A stretch of 59,714 nt of DNA, counting the filler, from Catajapyx aquilonaris (taxonomy: Eukaryota): assembly GCA_000934665.2 (NCBI GenBank). It is 2 parts of 2 records of this genome, joined end to end, with 100 filler letters (N's around TTAATTAATTAA, not from the genome) between each part and the next. Parts side by side here need not be neighbours in the genome. Positions count along the whole stretch, not along the records: positions 1 to 29,722 come from KZ539211.1; 1 more part is not named here. The stretch is one strand, 5' to 3'. Below are positions 12,461-24,982 of this stretch, piece after piece. The notes below the pieces were generated by a model. That model saw only the letters and a program-made list of their open reading frames with translations, had not been told where the DNA came from and made no database searches. Both the position numbers and the translations under genes were made by a program. Positions within the stretch are counted from its first letter, which is position 1, and every line of letters begins with the position of its first letter.

Positions 12461-13774
12461 GTCAGGTAGTGTGCAACGTGCCATATATGTGGGAGGTATG
12501 GTACTACGTGGAATCGCCATGTCCGTAACGTAAGCCCCATTTGGTATGCTGCGGGTGAGTGCAGAGTAAGTTGTTCCCGGGGAAGGGGAGGTTGCCAGGT
12601 GTTTATCCGGATCCGTTTTCTCTGGGACTGAGATATTGTTGTCCTTTCCCTTTGGCCGTGTCCTGGAGAGTGTTCCCTTGGGCGCACTTGCTGTGGGAGG
12701 GAGAAAAGGGGGGAGAAACTGCTCGGGGCGATTATGAGGCAAATTGAATTTGGGCGAAGGCAAGGACTGGTCCTGGAGACGAATGCAAATGGCGCCGGCG
12801 GCACTCGGCCTCCATTTCTCTCTCTCTCTCTCTCTCTTCTTTTTCTACTCTTACCTTCCTCCAAACTGTGCAACTTTTTCTCTCTCTCCAGAGTCTGCTT
12901 GCTGCCCTCCGCATGCATTGTGCAGGACCCCATAATGGCCGGCTCTAGTACTTTTAAAAGTCGTTTTCGGAGAGAGACTGAGAGGAAAAAGAAATGCACT
13001 TTCATCTGCTTCCCTTTTCGAAATGATATTGCTCGCTTGCATTCATTTTGTTCTGCTTGGAACGTGCTTAGGCGACGGATGAGCAAGATATTGAATCACT
13101 CCGATGGGTAAGATCTTTCATGCCTCCAATGGGCACGGGTATAAAAGTGTCCATCTCAAATGCTGTGTGCTGGACATTTGATATTTTCCTGGTGCAAAGT
13201 TCGTCGCATACCAGAAGCTGCAGTCGTTAAAAAAAGGCAGACTAAACAAACATGTTCACTGCTTCATACCCTGCCTGCCACCTGTCGGATCACGGGAGCA
13301 ACCACCTGCGGGCGTGATCTGTGACCGCCCGATTTTCGTGACATTTTGCACAATTGATCACGGGCAAAGTTCCGGGCATGGGGCTAATTCGGATTAATTG
13401 GGCGTCGACGTGCAACACCCGGGCTCCATTTCACACGAATTGACTCCTGTGACGTCACATGTGCAGTTCTCATTAAAATTTGCGAGGCGTAACGAACTGA
13501 TGAAAATTAACACCCGTAGTCATGTAATATGGAGAGGACTTGAAGGGATGCTCGTTACCCTCGCATATAATATGCAGGGGTAGTGTCACGCAAGCCTTGG
13601 TTGTTCTCTCCTGCAATCTTGTTGCCAAGGGTTCATTTTCATCTTGTTATATACTCGAGTCACGATAACTGTGGCGCTGAAGGCAGGCCCGAGATATTCA
13701 TTTTAAAAAGATCCGCCATCACTGACACTCCTACCCCAGCCTTATGGATATCCCCGTGATTTTAGTTCTTCTAC

Positions 13775-13970
13775 CCGTAGAGAGTGGGGTCGCCGCTTCG
13801 GCGCTGGTGTAGTCCCCAAGTGTGTGGCGATCCTGGCGTTCAGTAGAATCGTGATAGAATCCACTGTCTTGTAATATCGATGCGAAATGCTAAAGGCAGA
13901 ATCGTCCGCCAGGATCGCCACACACTTGGGGACTACACCAGCGCCGAAGCGGCAACTCCACTCCATACGG
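13775..13970. mobile_element. MITE-like inverted repeat, ~64 bp arms
   Basis: gccgcttcggcgctggtgtagtccccaagtgtgtggcgatcctggcg is exactly mirrored at 13906-13953. Confidence 0.8.
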
Positions 13971-14617
13971 TTGATAAGGGCACGGGATAAGAGGGGAGCG
14001 ATACTAGGGTGAACTGTAGATTTTGGACAGTGAACCACCCTATGCTGCATTGAAAAAAAAGCGGCGCGTTTGTCTGCGTTTGGCCCGCTAAAAAAAAAAG
14101 GTGGACCAATATTAATGCAAGCGATAACCGTTATGCATTCATTAACCCTCCTGGTCCCGAGAGATGGGTTTTTGGGTCGAGTGTGGGTTGGGTTGAGGGG
14201 AGCTGATTTGAATGAAAAAGTGCGCCCCCCGCCCCCCTTTGTGCAATCTCATTGCCCCAAAGGATAGATATCGCACGTATCTCACCTCCCCTCCACCCTC
14301 ACGCCACCTGTCCACGAAACGCTAAATTTCAAGTGTTATGTTTCTGATGATGATAATAATAGAAAAAAAAGAGCGCAGCGATCTGCTTCGATTAGATGGG
14401 ACCGTTTATGCGACCCACGGTGAGGCCACATGCGGCGCAATTGGTGAGATCTGCGCTTATCTCAGCTCATGATTGGCTCAGGCCCTGACGTTAATCGCGT
14501 TTCGAGTTCATTAATCCTATAGAGATGCCTGTTGTTCAATAAGCAGTTACTCTGGAAATTAACCGGTAGCTGTTTGTGACTGGAGCAAGTGATAATCGGG
14601 AGAAAGATATCCACCCG

Positions 14618-15275
14618 TTATTTATAACAGTGATTATCTGATCGTGCGCTATTTATAGCAGTGATTGCTGCTAGGTTGTTAATAGCAGTGATTTCTGCTC
14701 TTACGCTAGTTAGAGCAGTGCTTTGCTGCTCGTACGTTGTTTATAGTCGTGGTTTGCTGCTCGTATGCTATTAATATCAGTGACTTTCTCCTCGTACTCT
14801 CTTTGTAGCAGTGTTTTGCTGCTCGTAGGCCTGACATTGCGCGAGTGCACGTTAAAGATCCCCAGAGTGGCCAAATTTCCAGGAGGAGAATCACCCCCTG
14901 GCGTCGGTGTTGAGCCTTAGCGGCAGAAATAGGCCGACGTTAAGCCCCATGAACAGCGCTCGTAGGCTTATTTATAGAAGTGACTTTCTGCTCGTACGCC
15001 ATAATAGCAGTGACTTTCTGCTGGTACGCCATAATAGCAGTGATCTGCTCGTACACTGAATATAGCCGCGATGTGCTGCTCGTACCCTGCTTATAGCCAT
15101 AATTGGCTGCTCGTACGCTGTTTATAGCAGTGATTGCTGCTCGTACGTTCATAACAGTGATTTTCTGCTGGTACGCTATTTATAGCAGTGACCTTCTGCT
15201 CGTACTGTACGTTGTTTATAGCCGCGAGCTGCTCGTTCGTTGCTTACAGCAGTGAATTGCTGCTCGTACGCTATT
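14618..15275 (+). repeat. ~29-bp minisatellite (tttatagcagtgattgctgctcgtacgcta)
   Basis: More than 15 diverged tandem units, interrupted at 14831-14957. Confidence 0.85.
14831..14957 (+). mobile_element. 5'-truncated SINE fragment (Deu/Nin-domain-like) flanked by a 10-bp direct repeat
   Basis: gtgcacgttaaagatccccag..gacgttaagccccatgaa resembles, from memory, the conserved 3' part of Deu/Nin-domain SINEs. gctcgtaggc flanks it on both sides (14821-14830, 14958-14967). Confidence 0.55.
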
Positions 15276-16159
15276 GTGTTGTTATGAAGCGTGATTATGA
15301 GAAACATTCACACTGTATAAATCGGCTAATTTTCGTGTTTCTTTTCAGAGAGTGATTTCAGTTAGCAGCCATCGTTTAACCCCCCGGAGGAGCAATAGGG
15401 TGAGCCATAGTTTCCTCATCTTATTTCTTCACGAGGCCTTTTCTTTTGGTGCTGCATCTGCGCCAGTCTCTGTGGGAGTTGGGCAAGGTCGCGGTTTTGT
15501 GTTATAATAGCCGCGATTTGTATGCATGCTGTGCCCTGGGAGACAGCTGCTGATTTCTCGGAATGAAAGCCCTTGGTCGGGGCGCGTGGCAGTCACAAAA
15601 CCGGTTTAAAAATAGCGGGGATTTGGTGGCCGGGACCCCAAATCGCGTTTTATAGCTGGAAGCAACGGCGATTAACATGCGAGCGATGCTTTTTTCTTTT
15701 CCTTTCTTCTTTTTCTTGGGACGACGACGAAATACCGACGAAAGACTTGCACGGAATCTCTGGGAGTCTCTGAAAAAGAGTTGGGAGGGAAAAGTGCATG
15801 TTTATTGAGGGAAGTTAAACTTTGAGGGGTTCGTAAATTTCACGGTTTGTCGCAAAATGTTGTCGTGCATTTTATTTGCGGTATCGCAATTGCTAATTAA
15901 AAATAGGGTCGGACGAATAACCTTGGCTCAGAAGCCGATTTGCTTCGGGTTTTGGCGCAAAAATCGCGTCCAAAAGCTGATTGCTACGTGACGTCAATCA
16001 TGCTTAAAGCTGATTGGGCCAGCTTTTTGATGTCGGCAGGGCTCCGATCTGATTGACCTCGGATTGACCTGATGTCGCCGAGTTGCATTGAATATCATTC
16101 TCTGATTGGTTCCGATGGCCATGCCAATATTTTCAATACAACACTCATAATCGCATGCA

Positions 16160-16793
16160 ATATATCGATCACCGCATTGACACCATTCAGTGTTAATATT
16201 AGATAATAATGGATCTGTAGTTTTTGAGATATATCGTTAATGAAATATCGCGTGCGATCTATCGAGCAGAGCATTTGACGCATAATATCGATATTCAGTG
16301 AATAATATTCGATATATCGATTTGTAGGTTTTCATAATATACCAAGTATATCGATAATGTGGTATTGGAATATCGCATGCGATATATCGAACAGCATTTG
16401 GCACATAATATCGAGATTCAATGATAATATTCGATATATCGGTGTAGGTTTTCAGATACCGTATGTCGATAATGTTATATTGGAATATGGCGTGTGATAT
16501 GTCGAACACCCATTTATCATACAATATCGATATTCAGTGATAGTAGATATATCGATGTGTAGGTTTAGATATATCGATAATGTAATGTAATATGACATGA
16601 CAGCATTTGCCATCTAATATGGATATTCAGTGATAATATTAGATATATCGATGTGTAAGTTTTGATATATACCGGTATCGATAATGGAATATCGCGTGTG
16701 ATATATCAGAACATATAATATCGATACTCAATGATAATATTCTATATATCGATATAGGTTTTTAGATATATCGATATTGCGATATTGAAACAA
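16160..16793 (+). repeat. Diverged ~95-120 bp tandem array rich in TATCGATA
   Basis: About six units beginning (c)ataatatcgatattcagtgataat at roughly 16180, 16281, 16404, 16518, 16611 and 16715. Confidence 0.8.
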
Positions 16794-16795
16794 TA

Positions 16796-17125
16796 CAGGG
16801 TGTCTCATATTTTTTGTCCGAAGAGTTATCGGAAAATTGCGCGTAGCTGCTACTTTTTAAGCAGTGACTTGCAAACGGCGATTTTTCGGAGGAACGGGGA
16901 ATATTCCCCGCGAATCGTAGGTTGAAGTAGCATACGTGCTGCCCGCTGAAAATCGAGGGTCAAGCCTGGAAAAAAGAGGGTCACACATGCCATGGGATGT
17001 GTCCCCTCTTTTTCCCCCATTTCCCATTCCTCCGACAAATCACCGGTTGCAAGTCGCTGCTTAAAAAGTAGCAGCTACGCGCAATTTTCCGCTAACTGTT
17101 CGGACAAAAAAGATGGGACACCCTG
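16796..17125. mobile_element. Tc1/mariner-type MITE, same family, 330 bp, TA-flanked
   Basis: TA-CAGGGTGTCTCAT...ATGGGACACCCTG-TA with ~85 bp inverted repeats and an internal hairpin gagggtcacacatgccatgggatgtgtccc. Confidence 0.85.
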
Positions 17126-18914
17126 TATATCAGTAGGATGCTCGATATGTTGTATAGAATTGGCTCGAGTCTGTCTCTGTCCGGGACGATATCATCTCCG
17201 CCCAGCTATAGGTGCATTTAGTACCACTACTACTCGCACGGTGGCAGTAGAGTGCAGCGAGCTGATGCGCCATCTATACGAGGAATATGGTACTACGTGG
17301 ACAGTCGGGGCCCCGGGAAGTTTTCTGGTGTGTCGTCACTCTACCTTTTTTTTCACACCTGTCTTTGTCCCACAGAATCACGGTTGAACACTTTTAGGTG
17401 GGTGCGGTAGTGGAGCACCCTGTATTGAATATCGATAGACCCCCACCGATTGGCAGGTCGGGCAGCGTTGCCATAACCCCCCCGATGACTTTTTGCACCT
17501 CATGTGATCCATGGGCTGCACTCCCCGTTTGTGTACTTTAATCCGGCATGACGCGCCCAACATGTTGCATGCAGGTTGACGCATGACACCAATATGGTGT
17601 TGGTGGACCCAGCGAAGAGGACCAAAAAATGACGTGTGACTTGATGACGCAGCCCATAAAAGCGGGGGTTTTTTGGAGGGAGGGGGGGGGGGGGNNNNNN
17701 NNNNNNNNNCTCACAATGATTGTGTCAATGTGGAGGGGGGGAGGGATGATAGGGGTCCACACAACAAAGCTCACTTTTTATAGTCTGTTTTTTTCAGTTG
17801 GATAGGTGGTGGGTGGGTGGGTGGGGGATGGGAGGAATGGGGTTGGGCGATAATAAGATTAACCCATGGGTGTTAGTTATCTGGTTAATAAATGGATGAA
17901 ATAATTTGTGGCGATGCGGTCACAAATTAGGCCCGGTTATGGAGGGAGGGTATGGAATTAATGCTGGCCTGTGTTAAGGAGATTAGTTGTCATGTTTTTC
18001 GGTGGGGAGGGAGGGAGGGGGGCGGGTCACAGTTCATTGGAGCAAGATTTGTTAACTGGTAGTTAAGCCAGGAGGCGGTCAAGGTCTATTAGTAATATTG
18101 TCCTGAGAAAAAAATCTAAACGATGCCAATTTAATTGAACATGTACAGGGTGCCCCGGAAGCGTTTTGAGTGCGTTATTATTGTTATTATTTTGACTTTT
18201 TTTGTGAGACTGGAATTATCCGAATTTTGTGTGTGCGCGCGGCGGTAGAGTCCGAACAAAGGTGGGTTTGGAATGCGGAGTAGTACAACCAGGATCGTTG
18301 GCATATATGGGCCGGTAAAAAGTGGGGGGCAGAAAATTGCGAGCGTGAGTAATTTGCAGAGATTTTTGCACGTACTGAATCATCAGATTGAATTGTAACA
18401 CATTATGACGACAGAGTGTGACTAACTCAAGTCCGTATAAGGAGCTTACTCCAGCAATGTGGCCTTAGTTGCATGTGCTCTTCCGATAAAAACCAAACCA
18501 TCAGACCACAAATTGTTCGTGATTGAATCCGGTGCACTTGTTGTGATAGTGACAAAGGGACATAACCGCGAGTATTGTAATGAGACATACACATGTGCGG
18601 GGTGTCCCTAGGGGTGGTCGGAGTGATGGTGCGAGCCTCTTGTAACACGTGTAACCGCACAGAGGGCCACGTCCTGTTACACCTTGCTCTTTATTGTTGC
18701 CAGTGCACAATGAGCGACCAGCCGGGCCACAAAACAGCAATTCCCGCCTCTGTGTTGCGGAATACGCTGGGTACACACGCAAAAAAAGGGGGAGGATTTG
18801 TGGGCTTTTTTGGGCTTATATGCAAATATGTTGTCACAGGGGGTACACTATACGTTTTTGTTGCAAAATGTATATCGAGGAGGTTGCGCCATATATAGGG
18901 AGACTGTAGGATGC

Positions 18915-19255
18915 TGATGACCCCTGGAATAGGAGGTCATCGACATACCAGCGGGTCGTTGAACCTGGCAATATTAGAAAGGTAAGTGAACTCAAGAAGT
19001 CACTGAAATAGGTCGGAGAACTTGAGCAGCTACGAGGCTAATGGCCCCTGAAATTGGCGGTCATCGACACCCGAGCCCGAGGGTCATTGAACTTGGACTT
19101 TAGAAAGGTCAATGAACTCAAGAGGGGCACTGACCTGACGTAAATGAAACTGAGAAGAGATCATTGAACTCAGCTAATGGGGGCATTTATTGGCTAGGTT
19201 ATTGACCCTGACAAAATGGGGTCATTGACACCCATGAAAAGGTCATTGAACTGTC
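18915..19255 (+). repeat. Degenerate short tandem repeat (ggtcattgaact/ggtcatcgacac motif)
   Basis: The motif recurs about 10 or more times with irregular spacing. Confidence 0.55.
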
Positions 19256-21879
19256 TATGTACAGTCTTATCTAAAACATTTGACTTAATTTACTTGGAGT
19301 AGCAAAATACGATTTTTTAAAAATTTACATTTTACCACACCCACCTGCAGCGTGGATCGTTAATTTCAGACTAGCAATTATTAACAATTAATTTTTGTTA
19401 CCCTGAAGCGATCGAACATCTGCTGTAGATTTATCAGGCCAAGATGTTTAACTTGTTTGAATTCCTGGGCCTGAAGTGCAAGAGCGAGCGGATGATGTGG
19501 CAGGTTCATCGCTTGCGGTAAATATTTACACTCTTTTATTATTAAAACCTGGGGAAACTTGTTGCACCTTCGCTTTTTTGTGTTGCTTCTATTTTTTCTT
19601 TCTTCTTTTTTTCCCACAGAGTGCGAAACTATAATGGCCAGTGGGGATTAGATGTGCTGTTTTCTCGCCTAATTTTCGTTCCCAAGATATTCATGGTGGG
19701 AAATATTAAAGCTGAACTTTCCGCTTCTGGTGAACTTTAAAAAAGGTCTTCGATTATTTCAAATAAGCCGGTTGATCCGGTGGAGTATCGGAGCACATTA
19801 ATTTCATAAATAACAAGGTCATAAATTAAGAGCCTTGCAATCAGCCAATGTAATTCATAAAATATCAATAGGGCGCAATCAAATTCACGGATTACGTATC
19901 GCATTTTTATGTGCATGTTTATTAACTTTAATCAGTTGAAACCTTTGATTTATAATCATCGCATCGTTATGTGCAATCAGGATCCGAATATTGCGAAAAA
20001 AATGTGATCTATATTGCAGTACCCTGTGTTGATGGTGACTTACCAAGAATTCCGTAATTTTGCGCAAACATGAATGAATGAATTGTTTGCGTAATCTCTG
20101 ACGTTTTTCCACAGAAAATAGGATAGCGCGGACAAAAGAACAGTGTGAATTCTCTTTCCCCCCCCCCCTCCCCCAAACTGGCTGGAATTACTAATTAACA
20201 GTCTACAGCAGTGTTAACGAGGTAATATCGCTCACTGTGCTACATCACGATGCAATTTTTGTGTTCCCTTCCCTGGAGCAGGATGCCACGACTAACAATG
20301 GGACTGTTTATCTGGCTTTGTTTTTCGTATTTTTCTCCCAGGAATTTTCGCTCCTGGTGTGTATACAGATAGCCGTTGTTGTGTCTGGATATATCAAGCT
20401 GTTTACATGCATATACAGCCCTTAATATTCGTTAGAATGCAGTGGACCTGCAGAAAACATCGATATATCGAAATTTATGGAATCTGATCATTCTGATGAA
20501 TACCGTACGTCAGGTTTTTGGGATCGATTGATTGACGGAGGTATGTTACCGATTTTTTTCCCGATACTCTTAATCGAGTTTATGGGGGCATGAGGTACCG
20601 CTGAAAAGCATATCGAGTGTTTACCTTAGACAGGGCAACCGGGTATATACTGAACCGTTCTGAATATCGATATTTCTCGAGCCCTCAACTGAATCTCACT
20701 TGTGATTAATTATATAGTACGGTACATCCTGCGTAAAATTGGCTCGAATGTGTGTGTCTGGTTGTCCAGGGTGAGTCATCAGCTGGGTAGAACCACAACC
20801 TCTCGCACGACCCTGAGAGACTAATGATGCGCCATCTGTGTTAGAGATATGGTACTACGTTGACAACGTTGACAGCGTGGAGAAGTGTTGCCAAGTTTTG
20901 TCAAGAGCTCCGCTATAGTTCACCTCTATTGTCTTGGGCAGCAATGAAGACGTTTGCGATTTCGATCAGTGCGTATCGATATATTGAAATTCATGTCCTG
21001 ATATGTAAAATACATTTTGCTTCAAAGAAATATGATATTTTCACCTTTCTCTCGCTCTCTCTGACTGTTTGCATTCCGAGGTTGTCATTGCAACGGAGTG
21101 ATTGACAAGCGCAGTATGATTGGACGAGGGATCGTGCAACTTGGGGGTGGTGTGCGTTGAGGGGGGGGGGGGGTGGGCTATGTAATCCCCCTCCCGGATC
21201 CACCCTCCAAAAAATTCGGGAAGCGAATTTCAAAGCCCGAGGGCTGATTACCCGCCACGAAATAAAATGCACCTGACCCCATTTCCAAGCACGGACGCCT
21301 CTCAAATTCAAGCCCATGTTTCCAACCCTTGCAGAGGCGGCCATTGCTAAACAATAAGCAGCGACGTGATAATACACACTGGGCCCCCAGCATCATCTCT
21401 CTCGCAAAAAAAAAAAGTGCGGTTGGATGGCCTTTTTGGCTCCGGAAACATGCAAGGGACGGATGGCGAGTCACGGCCGGCGGACATTTTGGCAGAAAAT
21501 CCGGGCCGGATCATAATTAGTCGGCGACGCTTTTCCCGACGCCAAAGTCTCTTTTCTCTCACACTGGCCGACGGCGGGTGGGTGTGTGGGAGGAGGAGGA
21601 GGAGGGAGAGAAATTATGATAATGATGATGATGATGACTAGGAGGACGCTGCCTGGTCTAATGCGGAAGTCCGATAATCGTAGGAAGGAAGCAGGATTAC
21701 AGGCCGACGGAGGGTCGCGGATTTTCTGCACTTTCCTCGAGGTCTCAAGCTCAGAGACCGTCGCTTTTGTCTGGCTTTCAAAAGCTGGACTCGATACCTC
21801 CAATTTAACAATCGATGTCGGTGCCGGATATGCCAAACATCCGGTATTGGGAATCGAAAAGTCAAAATTATGCCGAGTT

Positions 21880-22385
21880 GCGAGAAATATCGATACATCG
21901 CATCGGAACGAATGTAGTTCTTGATTGCTGCCACCAGAGGCGTGGTTGGTGGGCAAGGTTGCCAGTGTTGAGTTTCGAGAAATATCGATATATCGGAACG
22001 AATGAAGTTCTTGATTGTTGCCTTGCCACCAGAAGAGGTCTGCCGTCAGATATGAGAAGACCGTAACTCAATGTCCACTTCCCCTTGCGGCGAGAAAAAA
22101 GCAGTGGTACCAAAAGCACCCAACAGGTGGAGTTGGGGTGCCGTTCCTTTTTCCCCCTTCCCCCAACGCCACCTCTTGGATGCTTTCGGTAACACTTGCT
22201 TTCTTTTCTCGCCGCAAGGGAAGTGGATAATGAGTTATGGTCCTCTCACATCTGACGGCAGAGATGTGGTGGACCGACAGGGTTGCCAGTGTTGATTTTC
22301 GAGAAATATAGATATGTCGGAACAGAATGATGTTATTCGTGATTGCTGCCACCAGAGGCGTGGTTGGTGGGCAAGGTTGCCAACT
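21880..22385. repeat. ~95-bp repeat units surrounding a 224-bp fold-back (22039-22262)
   Basis: gagaaatatcgata..gattgctgccaccagaggcgtggttggtgggcaaggttgcca occurs three times. tctgccgtcagatatgaga..ccacttccccttgcggcgagaaaa is mirrored at 22195-22262. Confidence 0.75.
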
Positions 22386-23049
22386 TAGTAAAACCCATTG
22401 CCAACTAAGATGCCAATGTGGTCCGGAAATGTGCGGGAGATTTCCATCGATATGGTTCCGGACTTTTAACTTTTGTAACAAAGCGAGATAGCACACAACA
22501 TCAGGGGGGCCCACTTGCTGGGCTTAGCTGCTGGCCAATCAGGCACGAGCCGGAAGTGAGCAAAAGACCGGAAGTGCCAAGTTGTTCCCGAGAAAAGGCA
22601 GAGATCCATCACTTTTCTCCTCCCCACCCATCTAACCCCAGGCTTCTTGCAGTCCGAATTTATTGCCAAATCTTTTTCATTTCTCTCTCCCCCCCAGCCG
22701 CGTTTAGGCCTGAGAGGGGGTGGGGGTGTGGGGCATATTCGGATGCAGATAGGCCATGTTTCCCGCAGTAAATCAGGGTGTCCGGCAACGGCCCCCGGTT
22801 GGAACTGCAGCGGACCAGAGGCCAAAGGCTGATTGCGAGTCACGCGAGGGTCGCATACGCCCTCCCACAGCCAGGTGTTGCCTACATTGCTACCTGCCAG
22901 GTACTATCAGGGACGGCAACTTCCGGCCCTGAATTACTCTGGAGGGGCCGCTTCCTTTGCTGACCACATTCGGGACACTGCACCTTTGGCAGACTTGTAA
23001 TCTTACGCTCATATTGTTTCAACATATGGAAACTGAAAACGATGGAACA

Positions 23050-23400
23050 TAGCCCGTTTCCCGATTCCATAGTTCAATTGTCGCGATCAATTGTCGACAT
23101 TTCCGTGGTGGACAGGTATCGGGGCCTAAACCGCAAGCGATAGAGACAAACTGTTTTCGGTTCCGGGTTCAGCATGTCCCAACTTCCGGTTTTTCTTCAC
23201 CAGTCTATCCGCCAAAGTCAAGTCAAGTTATCAATGAGCAACGAGTCTGACAACATTCTACGTCATTGTTGGCTTGTTGCCCAATAATTAGAATCGTATC
23301 GTATCACATCGTATTCGACTAAGTTGTCAGCCTGATTCCCGCTGCCCAATGAGAAAAAGTCTAATCGAATCACGCTCGCGTGATTTGCCAATTTTGCTTT
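23050..23400 (+). mobile_element. HINE/DINE-1-like element, diverged copy
   Basis: Shares gtggacaggtatc, gacaaactgttttcgg, ccaacttccgg, and gagaaaaagtcta followed by the perfect hairpin aatcacgc-tc-gcgtgatt. The 5' boundary is approximate. Confidence 0.6.
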
Positions 23401-24138
23401 GTAACCGGTTGATTAGGATGAAGTGGCCGATAGAGTGGGCACATTTAACTTTCCAAGTCCGGTGGCGCCTTGAGCGGGCGTTGGGACGTAACGAGGCGGG
23501 GGCCTGTCAGCGGCACCTATCGACACCTGTCCGGAACTAAATGGAGCGGATAGTACAAGCACGCTGGCCGGACACTGCCCGTTTCCTTCCTTCCTTTCCG
23601 TCTGTCTGTTGTTCCGATCGGAGAATCCAGGAGGTAGAAAGAGAGAGAGAGAGAGAGAGGAGGAGGAGGAGGAAAAAGGCCTAGGGCGGTGGGGGACATC
23701 CTGCTCTTTTCTTTTTTCCACGATAAATCAATCAGGGCGAGGCAATCGGATCGGAGGCCGAAGGGAAAACGGGGTGCGGAAAGAGAAATATATATAGTAA
23801 GAAGCACCAGGGGGAAGGGGGGCTTCCTTGCTTCCTTCCTTCCTCGGATTGTGCCGCAAACCGCCTCTGGACATCTCCTTTTGTTTTCTTCTTCCAAAGA
23901 GAGAGTTCTCCGTGGTCCCCGGACAAACAAACGCGACCCCGATCAACACGCCGCTCGGCCACACCAGATGCCGCCACTCTACACCCCCAGTCGCATCGTG
24001 GGGAGGAACTTGTGAAAATAAACCCTGGGAAGGAAGGAAGGAAGGAAATCACAATAAAAATGGGAAGGAAATTGGAGGAAATGGCTCTCTTTCACTCCCA
24101 CTTTTGAAGCCAGCCGTGTTTGGCCTGCATTACATCGT

Positions 24139-24385
24139 TTTAGACCCTTGCTCACTGGAAATAGTCTTGTAGAACGGCTCTGTCCGTCCGTGGACTGGTA
24201 TCAGAGCCTAAACAGCAATGGATATCGATAAACGGTTTTCGGATTCGGATTCAGCGGACCCTAAATAGGCCAACTTCCGGTTTTCCGGGCTTCTTGGAAA
24301 CCGGAGATGAGGCTGACTACATTCAATGTCGTTCAATTTGAATTTCCTTGGCAATGAGAAAAAGTCTACACGAATCACGTCTTGT
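24139..24385 (+). mobile_element. HINE/DINE-1-like element, short copy
   Basis: tttagaccc..aaatagtct, tagaacggctctgtccgtccgtggac, ttcggattcggattcagcggacc, gagaaaaagtctacacgaatcacgtcttgtt. Confidence 0.65.
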
Positions 24386-24951
24386 TAGATGGTTATATCA
24401 CTGGACATTGGTCACCTTTTCTAGAGTGTTTATACGTTTTTCTCCCTATGCCTGCCTGTCATTTTGTGTACTTTGGACCGAAGTGGGTTTGTTTCCGATG
24501 GTCCCTAACCTTTCCGCCTCCAAACCTGGGCCGGATTTCAAGCGAGCGCATTAGGCAGCCGACAGAAAGGCAGAGCTTCTGCCTAGTTTGCGAATCTCTG
24601 TTATAGACATCTTGTGACGCAGCAAGGCCGTGCAACCGTCACTCTGGTTCAGAAGTAATGACAGGCCGACATGGAAAACCGTTTGGAGAGAGCTTGCTCA
24701 GCGCACCATGTTTGGTTGGCTTGGCTCGATTCGAGGGAAAAGGGGCACGTGGCTTCTTCCTTCCCCCCCTTCCAACTCCTTTTCCATTCATTGGACTGGA
24801 CACGATCCCTGGCATGAAAAGGACTGTCCATAACCGCAGAGTTATGACCAGGTGATTAGTGGGGACACGCCCCCTTCGCCACCCCAAAATTAAGAGCAAA
24901 AAAAAGCTGCCTTGGTTGGCTGCGGTTTAAAAGGAGAGCGAAAAAGTCCTT

Positions 24952-24982
<31 letters not shown>

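Noticed and set aside
14618..15275. CRISPR-like periodicity of ~29 bp
   Set aside because: Units are contiguous with no unique spacers, there are no cas genes, and the context is eukaryotic; it is a minisatellite.
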